Part shown: piece after piece, positions 48,094-57,379 of the stretch | How positions within the stretch are numbered: position 1 is the stretch's first letter | Layout of the letters: every line of letters begins with the position of its first letter | Assembly: GCA_001774685.1 (NCBI GenBank) | Contig: MFAS01000001.1 | Span: forward strand, 801,444-865,443 | Source: Candidatus Collierbacteria bacterium RIFOXYD2_FULL_45_13 | Lineage (GTDB): Bacteria; Patescibacteriota; Microgenomatia; UBA1400; MFAQ01 | Length of the DNA stretch: 64,000 nt | Direction: 5' to 3' | Program-made: the position numbers and the translations under genes | The notes under the pieces: generated by a model | Seen by the model: only the letters and a program-made list of their open reading frames with translations | What the model was told of the DNA's origin: nothing | Databases searched by the model: none

Positions 48094-49194
48094 ATGACTA
48101 AATTACTCACTCAGGAAGAAATCTACAACTCACTTAAGACCAAGTATTCTCAGTACTCTCCAGATTTTGAACTTCAAATCAAAGCTGGACAAATGGCCAA
48201 ACTCAACCGTTTGGTCAAAGAAAAAAACGCCGTGATTCTCAAACACAACTATATGAGCTGGGATCTCCAATGCGATGAGGTGTTGGGGATACGAGGAGAC
48301 TCCCTAGAGCTTTCTCGCAAAGCCACAGAAACTGACGCCGACACTATCCTCTTTTTGGGTGTGAAATTCATGGCCGAAACCGCCAAAGTTCTCAACCCCA
48401 AGAAAACCGTGCTTATCCCCTCACTCAAGGCTGGCTGTTCGTTGGCCGCCAGCATTACCGGCGCCGATGTTCGCAAGTTAAAACAAATATTTCCGGGTAT
48501 TCCCGTGGTTGCCTATGTAAACACTGACGCCGATACCAAATCGGAAGTGGACGTCTGCTGTGCTTCCGGTAATGCCGCCAAAGTGGTCAGGTGGGCCATG
48601 AAAGAATGGAAAACCAATAAAGTTATTTTCCTCCCGGATAAGTTCTTGGCCCAAAATGTCGCCAATGAAATGAACGCCGATATATATTTCCCCAACATGA
48701 CTGTCGATCCCAAAGAAGTACAAAAAGATTTCGCACTTCGCGTCAACAACTCCGTACCAAACACACCTATTTTCATCGGCTGGGAAGGAAAATGTGAAGT
48801 TCATGAGAAGTTTACCCCCCATGACGTTGACAACCTTCGCCACGACTTCCCTGGAGTCTATATCATGGCTCACCCGGAGTGTCCTCCGGAGGTAGTTAAA
48901 AAAGTAGATTTTGCCGGGTCCACCGGAGAAATGATCAAAAAAGTCACCTCTCCGGACATACAAGACAAACAAGTGGCCTTCTTTACCGAATGCGCCATGG
49001 TCGAAATACTAGCCGCCCAACACACAAATGTTTTACAGGTCTGCTCAATTCAGAAACGCTGTCCACATATGGCTCAAAACAATCTGGAGACAGTTATCGA
49101 AGCTTTAGAAAAAATGCAGTTTGAAATTACCGTGCCAGAAGATCTTCGGAAAAGTGCCGAGCTCCCTATCCGCCGCATGATCGCCATCAAGTAG
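48094..49194 (+). CDS. nadA: Quinolinate synthase A
   Basis: The 366-aa protein contains VAYVNTDADTKSEVDVCCASGNAAKVV and has Cys ligands for the 4Fe-4S cluster. It lies 1 bp downstream of nadC. Confidence 0.85.
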   Translation: MTKLLTQEEIYNSLKTKYSQYSPDFELQIKAGQMAKLNRLVKEKNAVILKHNYMSWDLQCDEVLGIRGDSLELSRKATETDADTILFLGVKFMAETAKVLNPKKTVLIPSLKAGCSLAASITGADVRKLKQIFPGIPVVAYVNTDADTKSEVDVCCASGNAAKVVRWAMKEWKTNKVIFLPDKFLAQNVANEMNADIYFPNMTVDPKEVQKDFALRVNNSVPNTPIFIGWEGKCEVHEKFTPHDVDNLRHDFPGVYIMAHPECPPEVVKKVDFAGSTGEMIKKVTSPDIQDKQVAFFTECAMVEILAAQHTNVLQVCSIQKRCPHMAQNNLETVIEALEKMQFEITVPEDLRKSAELPIRRMIAIK

Positions 49195-49240
49195 TGGTGA
49201 TAAAATATTGAGGATCAACTTTCAAAGGAGGTACTTTTAT

Positions 49241-49774
49241 ATGACCCAAGATTTGTTAAGGTTTACCTGGAATCATGGTACTTACACCATCCCGGCGGAC
49301 ACCGAAAAACGCAAGATCCTACTCCCCAGCGGCCGGCTTCTGACCTTCAACGGCTTTCTCGAAAGTTTTCCACCTCAGCTCAGGGAACTTCGCGAGTTCA
49401 ACTTCCACATCGAAGTTGGACCAGGATCCAATCTTTCAGTGGTCGCGGATCAGCTGGACGCCGTTCTGGCCAAAGCCGTCACCGTCACCCTGGTGAAGAC
49501 TTGCCCACAAGGCTGTATGAATCAAACCGGAACCTTCTGCTCCAACTGCGGCTCCCGTCTGGAAGTGAAAGAGGTTGTCCTGCCCTTCGTTCCCGACAAA
49601 CCCAAACCGTTCCAAAATCCAGCCAACTCCGTAGACGTCATAGGCAGCGGTCCTTGCCCTAACTGCCACCAGCCCCTGGATCATGGAGCTCACGCCAGCT
49701 CGTGTCCCAATTGTGGACAAAAGCTCAACTGGACCTGTCGCGGCGGAATTAACATGCGCTGTACCCTTTCATAG
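49241..49774 (+). CDS. Hypothetical protein with C-terminal Cys-rich zinc-ribbon repeats
   Basis: An AAAGGAGG ribosome-binding site precedes the ATG at 49241. Motifs CPQGC...CSNCGSRL and CPNCHQPL...CPNCGQKL. A terminator follows at 49802-49830. Confidence 0.4.
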   Translation: MTQDLLRFTWNHGTYTIPADTEKRKILLPSGRLLTFNGFLESFPPQLRELREFNFHIEVGPGSNLSVVADQLDAVLAKAVTVTLVKTCPQGCMNQTGTFCSNCGSRLEVKEVVLPFVPDKPKPFQNPANSVDVIGSGPCPNCHQPLDHGAHASSCPNCGQKLNWTCRGGINMRCTLS

Positions 49775-49839
49775 ACAGTCTGCACTAAATCTTCAACATA
49801 CCACCCCGCCTCACAGCGGGGTTTTCTTTTAATATGGAA

Positions 49840-50595
49840 CTATTTCTTATTGTCTCCAGCAATCATCTTCATCGCTTCTTGAACTGTCGTCATGAACTGA
49901 GCCGGGAAAATAATCGTCGAATTCTTTTCTACCGATATCTCTGCCATCGTCTGCAAAGTTCTCAGTTGCAACGCCACGGGATGAGCCGCAATTACATCGG
50001 CGGCTTCGGCCAATCTTTTCGCTGACTGAAACTCTCCCTCCGCCGCCACGACCTTGGCTCTTCTCTCACGCTCCGCTTCGGCTTCTTTAGCCATCGCTCT
50101 TTGCATGTTATCCGGTAATGCAATATCTTTGATCTCTACCGCCGTTACTTGAGCGCCCCACGGCTCAGTGTGTGTGTCGATCACTTTTTGAATCTGCTTA
50201 TTTATTTCCGTAGTTTGGGACAAAAGCTGGTCAAGGGTAAACTGCCCAACGACATTTCTGACGGTCGTCTGAGAAATCTGATTTACCGCAGAATAGACGT
50301 CATCGATCGCCACTACAGATTTCTGCGGATCAACCAGATGGTAATAGGCCACCGCCGCGATATCGATAGAGACGTTATCTTTCGTAATAATCTTCTGTGA
50401 AGGAATACCCATGGTAATAGTACGGAGCTGGACCTTGCGCATGACCTCCAAAAAAGGAATCAAGATTATGAGGCCGGGACCACGAACACCGGTACACCTG
50501 CCCAAGAAAAAGATCACTCCTCGCTCGTACTCCTGAACGATCTTCAAACTGGCAAATAACACCACCAAAATAGCTACGATTACTGGTATTTCCAT
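49840..50595 (-). CDS. SPFH/band-7 (stomatin/prohibitin-like) membrane protein
   Basis: An N-terminal transmembrane segment is followed by LKIVQEYERGVIFFLGR...VSIDIAAVAYYHLVDPQKSV, and the C-terminus is an AEAERERRAK coiled coil. Confidence 0.85.
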   Translation of the reverse strand: MEIPVIVAILVVLFASLKIVQEYERGVIFFLGRCTGVRGPGLIILIPFLEVMRKVQLRTITMGIPSQKIITKDNVSIDIAAVAYYHLVDPQKSVVAIDDVYSAVNQISQTTVRNVVGQFTLDQLLSQTTEINKQIQKVIDTHTEPWGAQVTAVEIKDIALPDNMQRAMAKEAEAERERRAKVVAAEGEFQSAKRLAEAADVIAAHPVALQLRTLQTMAEISVEKNSTIIFPAQFMTTVQEAMKMIAGDNKK

Positions 50596-50699
50596 AGCTC
50601 AAGTATAGCACCGGAAAATTGACTTTTCCGGCGTTTTGTGGTACTATAGGGCGTTCTCTTACGCACGTTCTTTCACAATCTATCCCCTTTGGAGAAAAC

Positions 50700-51059
50700 A
50701 TGAAACCACTTTCAATCGTCTTTTATGTTGCCATGCTCGGTGTTCTCATTCTCTTCGGAGCTTCCTCTGAGCTTGGTTTAGGCATGCCAACGGTCCCGAA
50801 CACCGTGATTGCCGGCCTGCTCTTTCTCATGAGTTGTCTTTTCATCGGCGACATGCACAAAGGTGAACTTCTGTGGTCAAACCGAACCTCATTCTTTGGT
50901 ATCTGGATGCTGTCGGCTTTCACCATGTCCCTCATCGTCTCGTTGATCCTCATGGTTATGTGGGGCTTTGCAGGGCTCGTCGTCAGCCCCATCTGGGCTA
51001 TCGTGCTCGCCATGCTCATCTTTGACCACGGACTCAGTGTCTACCTAGCCGCCAACTAA
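50700..51059 (+). CDS. Small membrane protein, paralog A (H-K-G-E loop family)
   Basis: GGAG ribosome-binding site. Four predicted transmembrane segments. The segment LLFLMSCLFIGDMHKGE is shared with the next ORF. Confidence 0.45.
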   Translation: MKPLSIVFYVAMLGVLILFGASSELGLGMPTVPNTVIAGLLFLMSCLFIGDMHKGELLWSNRTSFFGIWMLSAFTMSLIVSLILMVMWGFAGLVVSPIWAIVLAMLIFDHGLSVYLAAN

Positions 51060-51074
51060 ACAAGGAGTAACGAC

Positions 51075-51404
51075 ATGAAATCCATTTCTAACTTTTGCTT
51101 CACCGTCACCCTGACACTTGTCATCTGTTCTCTCCTGGCTCCATTGGCCGGCCTGCAGATTACCACTGGCGGAGCCATTCTGAATGGCCTGATGTTTGTG
51201 GCCGCCTGTATCTTCGCCGGCTTCAACCACAAAGGCGAACGACAAACTCTGGTGCTGATCAACCTCTGCATCGCGACCCTTGTCAATTTTGGAAGCATTG
51301 GGTTTCTAATGTTCGGCCCCTGGGTCGTTTCCAACGTGATTCTTGTTATCGCCTGGCAGCTTGGCTCAATCATCTACGCCGAACTATCCTACTCAAGGAG
51401 CTGA
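51075..51404 (+). CDS. Small membrane protein, paralog B
   Basis: AAGGAG ribosome-binding site. LMFVAACIFAGFNHKGE aligns with paralog A. Confidence 0.45.
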   Translation: MKSISNFCFTVTLTLVICSLLAPLAGLQITTGGAILNGLMFVAACIFAGFNHKGERQTLVLINLCIATLVNFGSIGFLMFGPWVVSNVILVIAWQLGSIIYAELSYSRS

Positions 51405-51405
51405 T

Positions 51406-51474
51406 ATGGACTTCATCGGATATCTTCTTCTGTTCTTGATCCTGCTTGTCCTGATCTTAATCGATGTTTCTTGA
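51406..51474 (+). CDS. Candidate 22-aa hydrophobic micropeptide (MDFIGYLLLFLILLVLILIDVS)
   Basis: The ATG is 2 nt after the stop of paralog B, with AAGGAG 6 nt upstream. The ORF is a single predicted transmembrane helix and is followed by a terminator at 51538-51564. Confidence 0.3.
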   Translation: MDFIGYLLLFLILLVLILIDVS

Positions 51475-51537
51475 CGTCGCAACTGACCAGCTCAGAGATA
51501 TCTGCGAGCTTCTCAGAAAGAAATAGCTTATCTCACC

Positions 51538-51564
51538 CACCCCGCCGCAAGGCGGGTCTTTTTT
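51538..51564 (+). terminator. Rho-independent terminator
   Basis: ACCCCGCC-GCAA-GGCGGG followed by TCTTTTTT. Confidence 0.5.
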
Positions 51565-51566
51565 GG

Positions 51567-53012
51567 TTAGATCTTCTCCACCTTTACTCCATCAAAAAAG
51601 TCGGATATCTTGTACCCTTTCGCTTCTATCTCTTTTCTAAGCGCATCGGACTCGGCCCACTGCTTGGTTTTTCTCATCTCTTCTCGTTTATTTACCATCT
51701 CCATTACTTCAGCAGGTATATCAGCCGGAACTTCGTCTCGTTCAGCAAGTTTGAGACCAAAAACTTTGTCAAAATTCTCCACCAGTCTTCTTTTTTCAAA
51801 GGAATTAAGTTTCTCGTCTTTTAACACTGTGCGTGCGACAGCCAAAGCCGCCGACATATTTAAATCGTCCTCGACAGCACTCACAAACTCGTCTCGGAAA
51901 AAAGCTTCTCTGCCGGACAACTCCACCTCAGCCTTATTCCCAAAGATGTTTTTATCCTGCCCTCCCTCCACTCGAAGCGCCAAAAACTCTTTTTTCAATT
52001 TCTTGTACGAGTTGGAAACCCCCTCCATCCCCTCCCAGGAAAAGTTCATCTGTTTACGGTAGTGAGCAGATAGATAGTAATACCGCAGAGCCATAGGTGA
52101 GTATCCTTTTTCTATGATGTCGTGCAAGGTGTAGGCGTTCCCCAAGCTTTTGCCCATTCTACCACCGTCAACTAACAGAAAAGCCCCGTGCATCCAATAC
52201 CTAACAAAGGGTTTCTTGCCTGTTACAGATTCACTTTGAGCTATTTCGTTCGGGTGATGTGTGCTCTTCAGATCCTCACCGCCGACATGAATATCTAGCT
52301 GATCTCCCAAATATTTCATACTCATAGCACTACACTCAATATGCCATCCCGGGAAACCCATTCCCCATGGACTTTCCCATTCCATGTCCCTCTTCGCTCC
52401 TGCCGGTGAAAATTTCCATAGAGCAAAGTCTCTCTGATCTCGCTTCTCAGTATTTATCTCCACCCTAGCTCCAGGTTTAATCTCTTCCAAATTACTTAAC
52501 TTCCCGTAGATATTGCCTTTTTTCTCATATTCTGCCACATCGAAGTAAATACCATCCGCTATCCGATATGCAAAACCGGCTTTCTCTATCCTTTGAACCA
52601 AATCTATTTGCTCTTTGATATGATCTGTCGCTTTTGAAAAGAGTAATGGTTTAACCAAATTCAACTTTCCAAAACTGTCGACAAAATCCTCTCCATAGTA
52701 TTTTGCAATACCCCAAGCCGTTTTTTTCTCCTTTGCTGCGGCTTTTTCCAGTCGATCTTCTCCGGTATCGGCATCTCCCAGATTATCCCCAGTCAAATGT
52801 CCCACATCCGTCATATTCATCACAGAATCAACCTCAAATCCCTCTATACGCAATGCACGCAAAACCAAATCAGATAAGACATAGGTCCTCCAGTTGCCGA
52901 TGGTGGGATAGCTGTACACCGTTGGGCCGCAAGTATACATTTCCACTTTCCCGGGCTGAAGTGGCCGAATTTCTTCAACTTGCTTCGTAAGAGAGTTATA
53001 GATTTTTAGCAT
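51567..53012 (-). CDS. cysS: Cysteine--tRNA ligase (start trimmed to MLKIYNSL)
   Basis: Motifs MYTCGPTVY (HIGH region variant) and KMGKSLGN (KMSKS). Length about 480 aa. Confidence 0.92.
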   Translation of the reverse strand: MLKIYNSLTKQVEEIRPLQPGKVEMYTCGPTVYSYPTIGNWRTYVLSDLVLRALRIEGFEVDSVMNMTDVGHLTGDNLGDADTGEDRLEKAAAKEKKTAWGIAKYYGEDFVDSFGKLNLVKPLLFSKATDHIKEQIDLVQRIEKAGFAYRIADGIYFDVAEYEKKGNIYGKLSNLEEIKPGARVEINTEKRDQRDFALWKFSPAGAKRDMEWESPWGMGFPGWHIECSAMSMKYLGDQLDIHVGGEDLKSTHHPNEIAQSESVTGKKPFVRYWMHGAFLLVDGGRMGKSLGNAYTLHDIIEKGYSPMALRYYYLSAHYRKQMNFSWEGMEGVSNSYKKLKKEFLALRVEGGQDKNIFGNKAEVELSGREAFFRDEFVSAVEDDLNMSAALAVARTVLKDEKLNSFEKRRLVENFDKVFGLKLAERDEVPADIPAEVMEMVNKREEMRKTKQWAESDALRKEIEAKGYKISDFFDGVKVEKI

Positions 53013-53077
53013 CAAGACTGATTTTATCTCACTTTTGCCCCCAAACACAAAAACACCCCCGAAGGGGTGCTCCAACA

Positions 53078-53521
53078 TCAAAAGTCATTCATAAACGCCG
53101 TACGTACCGTTTTCAAGTGTCTTTTGGTCAAAGCTCTGGGATCGTCCATGTCCGCAAAGACGGCATAGAGGTCATATACAAATCGGAAGCCCAACTTTAA
53201 CCCTTCGGCATAGAACTCAGCTGAGCCAGATCGCCGATAGCTCAAGTGAACAAACGAGTCTGCGTCGAAAAATTTATCTGCCGGCATGTAGAGATTGGCC
53301 ATTTCAAGAACCTGAGTTAAATCTCGGCTCCAATCTGCCAAACAATTCATCGCTTGTTCGGACATTTCAGTTAAACCCACCTTTAATCTATCCTCAGCCA
53401 GATTCATCCCTGTCATGATGCCATAGACCAAGGCATTCATATCAGCCGGATGGCACGAATCCGCTCTCATCTGCTCCAAACGAATTTTGGCCCGAACAGT
53501 TAGATCATAAACATCACTCAT
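53078..53521 (-). CDS. Hypothetical protein
   Basis: 147-aa ORF followed on the minus strand by hairpin GGAGCACCCCTTCGGGGGTG and a T-tract. Confidence 0.4.
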   Translation of the reverse strand: MSDVYDLTVRAKIRLEQMRADSCHPADMNALVYGIMTGMNLAEDRLKVGLTEMSEQAMNCLADWSRDLTQVLEMANLYMPADKFFDADSFVHLSYRRSGSAEFYAEGLKLGFRFVYDLYAVFADMDDPRALTKRHLKTVRTAFMNDF

Positions 53522-53593
53522 TTTGCCTCCAACTTTTCAAGGTGTATTGCTTGCCTATGCTACCACACAATCATTTCCAAATCAAGCTATAGG

Positions 53594-54316
53594 CTAGATT
53601 CTGAACGGAACGAATTTGTATCTCTGCTTAGCCTTGAACTTGGCCTCTGAGTACCATTCCTTTCTGGCAAAAAACATCAACAGCCACCAACTAGACCGCA
53701 AAAAACCACCCAATGCCTGGCTCCGGTGGGCAAAGACCGCCCTCCATTTTCTCCTCGCCTCAAAAATTGTCATATTTAGTTCCAACGTAGGCTTATGTAA
53801 ATATTTGGCTGTCCGCTTGTCTACAATTTTTTCTTTCATCCGGCCTTCAAAACTCACCCACAACAAATTCACACCCGTCATTTTTCTCAGAACCCTCAGC
53901 ACGACGAGCGATGCACTGATATGATCCGGATGGCTGGTGACCCCCGATAAATCGTAAGTTACTACCACTCCTGGCTGAGTATCCTTAATAAATGTTGCCA
54001 ATCTCTCCTGCCATTTTTTCGTTCTTCTCAACTTACCATCGTCAAACTTCCACATCACCCAGTCCATCACTGCCAGTCGGCTCATGGCTTCCGCCATCTC
54101 CTGGCGGCGGATTTCGGATACACTTCGCCCTCTCCCATTCACAAAGATTTTTCCTCGATTACCTTCTGTCAAAGTCAGGACCGTGACTTCAAAACCCCAC
54201 GCCATCGCTCGCTGAATAATTCCCCCGGCCATCACCGACTCATCGTCCGGATGCGGAAAAACCACTAGCATTTTTTTGTTGGCTATTTTGTCTAAATATG
54301 GGTCGATTGATTTCAT
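53594..54316 (-). CDS. PIG-L/LmbE-family N-acetylglucosaminyl deacetylase
   Basis: VVFPHPDDESVMAGGII (zinc-binding H-P-D-D-E motif) and a later HxDH-like HPDH motif. Confidence 0.75.
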   Translation of the reverse strand: MKSIDPYLDKIANKKMLVVFPHPDDESVMAGGIIQRAMAWGFEVTVLTLTEGNRGKIFVNGRGRSVSEIRRQEMAEAMSRLAVMDWVMWKFDDGKLRRTKKWQERLATFIKDTQPGVVVTYDLSGVTSHPDHISASLVVLRVLRKMTGVNLLWVSFEGRMKEKIVDKRTAKYLHKPTLELNMTIFEARRKWRAVFAHRSQALGGFLRSSWWLLMFFARKEWYSEAKFKAKQRYKFVPFRI

Positions 54317-54480
54317 TGCAACACAATTATTATTTGTGTTGCGGATCGCCTATGGCGATAGATTCCACCTCAACAATACTCAATTATTCCCTTTACGCAG
54401 GAGTCTCGTCGGATTTTACTGGCTTTCGCTTTCCTTCCGCCTTTATCAGCCCGGCGCACGCCTCCGGACCTAGTTTAGAG

Positions 54481-56151
54481 ATGTATTATATACTCTTAGC
54501 CATGAAGCGCTGGCTCACGATAATTTTTCTCTCTATTCTGTCGCTCCTTTTTATCTATCCCTCAGCCTTTATTTACCCCAAAGACACCCTTCCTGACACC
54601 AACGACACCCGCCTTATTGCCTACATCATCGGCCAAGTCCAAAATAACATTCTAGAGCACAAGCCACTACATTTTGGCACCTTCTTCGCCCCTGACAAGA
54701 ATACCCTAGCCTACTCGGACCTTTTTCTAACATCCGCCATCGTTACTCTGCCGGCTCGCTTCTTCACAGACCACCCAATTGTCATCTTTAATCTAACCCT
54801 AACTCTGAACTTTATCCTTACAATCATTTCTTCGTATCTGCTGTTCAGTTATTTTTTCAAGGATCATTGGATCACTACACTGACAGTCATCCTGTTCAAC
54901 TTTTCTGGGTTTCACCTCTCCTACCTCCCTCATCTACAGATATTTTCCCTCTGGCCGCTATGTCTCTCTGTCTATTTTGCTACCAGATATTTACAGGAAA
55001 ACAGATCGATCTATTTACCATTATTTTTCCTGACCGTTACTGCGCAAATTGCCGAAAGCATCTTCCCCGTTTATCTCATTTTCTTCACCTGTACGATCTT
55101 GGCAATTGGTCATATGTCTAAAAGATACCTAAAAAATGTCACAGGCGTTGCAGAAGTGCTGGTCAAAAAGTTCACTATCTACTCTCTTCTTTTTATCCCC
55201 CTCTGGATCTTCCTGTTACTTCCCTACTATCAACTCCACACTTCTCTCCCCGAAGCCACCCGCCCCATCCGCGATGCTGCCCACTTCTCTCTCGGTCTGG
55301 ACCAAATCTTCACCTTTTATCACAGCGGGACAATCATCCTCATTTTCTTCACATCGCTGTTCATATCAAAAATACTTGGCTCTGCAGGAGAGCTAGTCAA
55401 AAAACAAAACGCTGCAGAAGTGCCAGCAAAAAGCCGCGCGGAGCGGATCCGCACCGGTAATCCGGGGACGGAGGTCGAGCACAGCTTTTTGCGCAGTTCG
55501 AAACGTTTTGTTTTTGATATTTGGTGGATAGTGTTTTTCTTTTCCTTTATTATGTCCCTCGGTCCTGTCCTCAAAATCTTTGGCCAGAACTTGCGCATTT
55601 TTGGTTTCCCCATTCCCCTTCCTTACACCCTTTTCTATTACCTTTTCCCCGGCTTTACGGGCTTCCGTACTCCTAGCCGCTTTATTGTCCTAGCTCTTCT
55701 GTCCGCTGTCGTCATCATAGGGTTCCAGCTTAAACCATTTTTTGGAAAACTTAAAACCAAAACTAAATTGATTCTTATTCTTCTAGTCCTCTCTCTGTTA
55801 TTTGTAGAGGCAGATCTGCCTCTCAAGAGTTATCCGGTGAATATCAATATGCACCCCGTTTATCAGGAGGTCACCAGACTTCCAATCGATGCAGTCATTT
55901 TGGAACTTCCCATCAAACTCTGGAACATGCCGGATCATGAAATCGAGTCGGTTCGCTCACTTTATACTCTGTTTCACAAACACCGTCGCTTTGGTGGTTT
56001 CTCCGGCTTCGCCACCAATCGCTGGATTCAGATGGTTCAAGAAATAAACGCTTACGGATTGACATTGCAAATCGTCGAAGCTCTTAGTTCATTCGGCGTC
56101 ACCCATATCATCCAAAACAACACGCTTTCCGATCTGAAATCTGACATCTGA
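54481..56151 (+). CDS. Large polytopic membrane protein, possibly a GT-C-fold glycosyltransferase (ArnT/PMT/YfhO-like); start set at MYYILLAMKRW
   Basis: The protein has about 12 N-terminal transmembrane segments followed by a C-terminal soluble domain. It is divergently arranged with the LmbE-like deacetylase. No confident family motif was found. Confidence 0.35.
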   Translation: MYYILLAMKRWLTIIFLSILSLLFIYPSAFIYPKDTLPDTNDTRLIAYIIGQVQNNILEHKPLHFGTFFAPDKNTLAYSDLFLTSAIVTLPARFFTDHPIVIFNLTLTLNFILTIISSYLLFSYFFKDHWITTLTVILFNFSGFHLSYLPHLQIFSLWPLCLSVYFATRYLQENRSIYLPLFFLTVTAQIAESIFPVYLIFFTCTILAIGHMSKRYLKNVTGVAEVLVKKFTIYSLLFIPLWIFLLLPYYQLHTSLPEATRPIRDAAHFSLGLDQIFTFYHSGTIILIFFTSLFISKILGSAGELVKKQNAAEVPAKSRAERIRTGNPGTEVEHSFLRSSKRFVFDIWWIVFFFSFIMSLGPVLKIFGQNLRIFGFPIPLPYTLFYYLFPGFTGFRTPSRFIVLALLSAVVIIGFQLKPFFGKLKTKTKLILILLVLSLLFVEADLPLKSYPVNINMHPVYQEVTRLPIDAVILELPIKLWNMPDHEIESVRSLYTLFHKHRRFGGFSGFATNRWIQMVQEINAYGLTLQIVEALSSFGVTHIIQNNTLSDLKSDI

Positions 56152-56185
56152 AACCTGCCCGTCCAGCGGGTGGGTCTGAGATCAT

Positions 56186-56629
56186 TTACTCCTTCTGCTT
56201 CGCTGTTTCCCCATGCGCCCCAGCCCCCACCTTCTTCAAGAGACTCTGTACAAAACTTTCCTTTTTTTGTTTCTCTCCAGCTTCTTTTTGCGCCCTCTCC
56301 TGTTCCTTCTGATTATTTTCCTTCGCAATTTGCGCATCGAGTTGTTGCTTCCTCTGTCGATACTGTTCCAACTCCCCCAAGACCTGGTTATATCTCTGCT
56401 TATCTTTCTGTTTGGCCGCGGCTGCTTCTTGGTCTCTTCTTTGTTGTTCCGGATCTTTCGGCTTGTCAGTTTGAGGCGCTCCCACGCCACTCGGTGCTCC
56501 GGTAAGCTGTTCAATGGTGTCCCCCACAATATCTCCACCAGCTTTAGCGACGGACTGAACCGAACTTTTCCCTAGTTCAAATAAATTGTCGGCCACTTGC
56601 TGGCCAATTCCTCCCAATGGTGCTGGCAT
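56186..56629 (-). CDS. Hypothetical low-complexity K/Q/E-rich coiled-coil protein
   Basis: The ORF contains QQRRDQEAAAAKQKDKQRYNQVLGELEQYRQRKQQLDAQIAKENNQKEQERAQKEAGEKQKKE. Coding status is uncertain. Confidence 0.3.
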   Translation of the reverse strand: MPAPLGGIGQQVADNLFELGKSSVQSVAKAGGDIVGDTIEQLTGAPSGVGAPQTDKPKDPEQQRRDQEAAAAKQKDKQRYNQVLGELEQYRQRKQQLDAQIAKENNQKEQERAQKEAGEKQKKESFVQSLLKKVGAGAHGETAKQKE

Positions 56630-56713
56630 TAATTTATTCTATCTCATGTCTACCCTTGGCGAAACAAAAAAGCCCCTTAGAGAATTAACTCCAGGGGCAT
56701 ACAGAGAACTTAT

Positions 56714-56935
56714 TTATTTCACACCACAATTTTCAAGATACTTGTCAAAGGCTCGACCAATACTATAAGGATCTGGTGTTAATTGGTATAGAACCCCACC
56801 CATCTTACCTGAAATTGGCCGATTCTCATAAACGGCTTTTTTGTACATCCAAGAAAAAAATTGACCAACGCTCTCATTGGGTGACTTGTCATGAATTTCG
56901 TCTTGGGGCATCTCTTCTCCTTTTTTATAGAACAC
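56714..56935 (-). CDS. Hypothetical small protein
   Basis: 73-aa ORF with no motif. Confidence 0.25.
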   Translation of the reverse strand: MFYKKGEEMPQDEIHDKSPNESVGQFFSWMYKKAVYENRPISGKMGGVLYQLTPDPYSIGRAFDKYLENCGVK

Positions 56936-57024
56936 TGTTTAAAGAACTCCTCCCGATGGTTCTATGATATCACTAGTTAAATTTTTACCACAAAATACCC
57001 TGCTAAAAATAGCAGGGAGTCAAA

Positions 57025-57330
57025 CTAATCCAATTGATCATGAGGTGCCCACTTATCCTCTAAACGAGTCAATATTTCTCTAAGCTGTTTTCCCGAGATG
57101 GCTCTGTCTGGATCAAAGCCGACAGGCCTGGCGGTCTGGTCAAACAGAAAGAATGTTACACCACCGGCCGCCAGCCTCTTCAACAATTCGTTGTAGGCAC
57201 TAAAGTCCGGATCTTCCCCATCGGAGAGCATCACAACAGTCTGGACGGTATAGTATTCCGTGGCTTCACATCCACCTTTCAAGAGCTGGTCGTTAGACGC
57301 ACTATCATCCACCGGGAAACTGAATGTCAT
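57025..57330 (-). CDS. Hypothetical small protein
   Basis: 101-aa ORF. The VVMLSDGED segment is reminiscent of a vWA-domain fragment. Weak. Confidence 0.25.
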   Translation of the reverse strand: MTFSFPVDDSASNDQLLKGGCEATEYYTVQTVVMLSDGEDPDFSAYNELLKRLAAGGVTFFLFDQTARPVGFDPDRAISGKQLREILTRLEDKWAPHDQLD

Positions 57331-57379
57331 TTTTCACCTCATTTCAAAGAATACGCTATTTTAGCATAAACTGTGAGTC

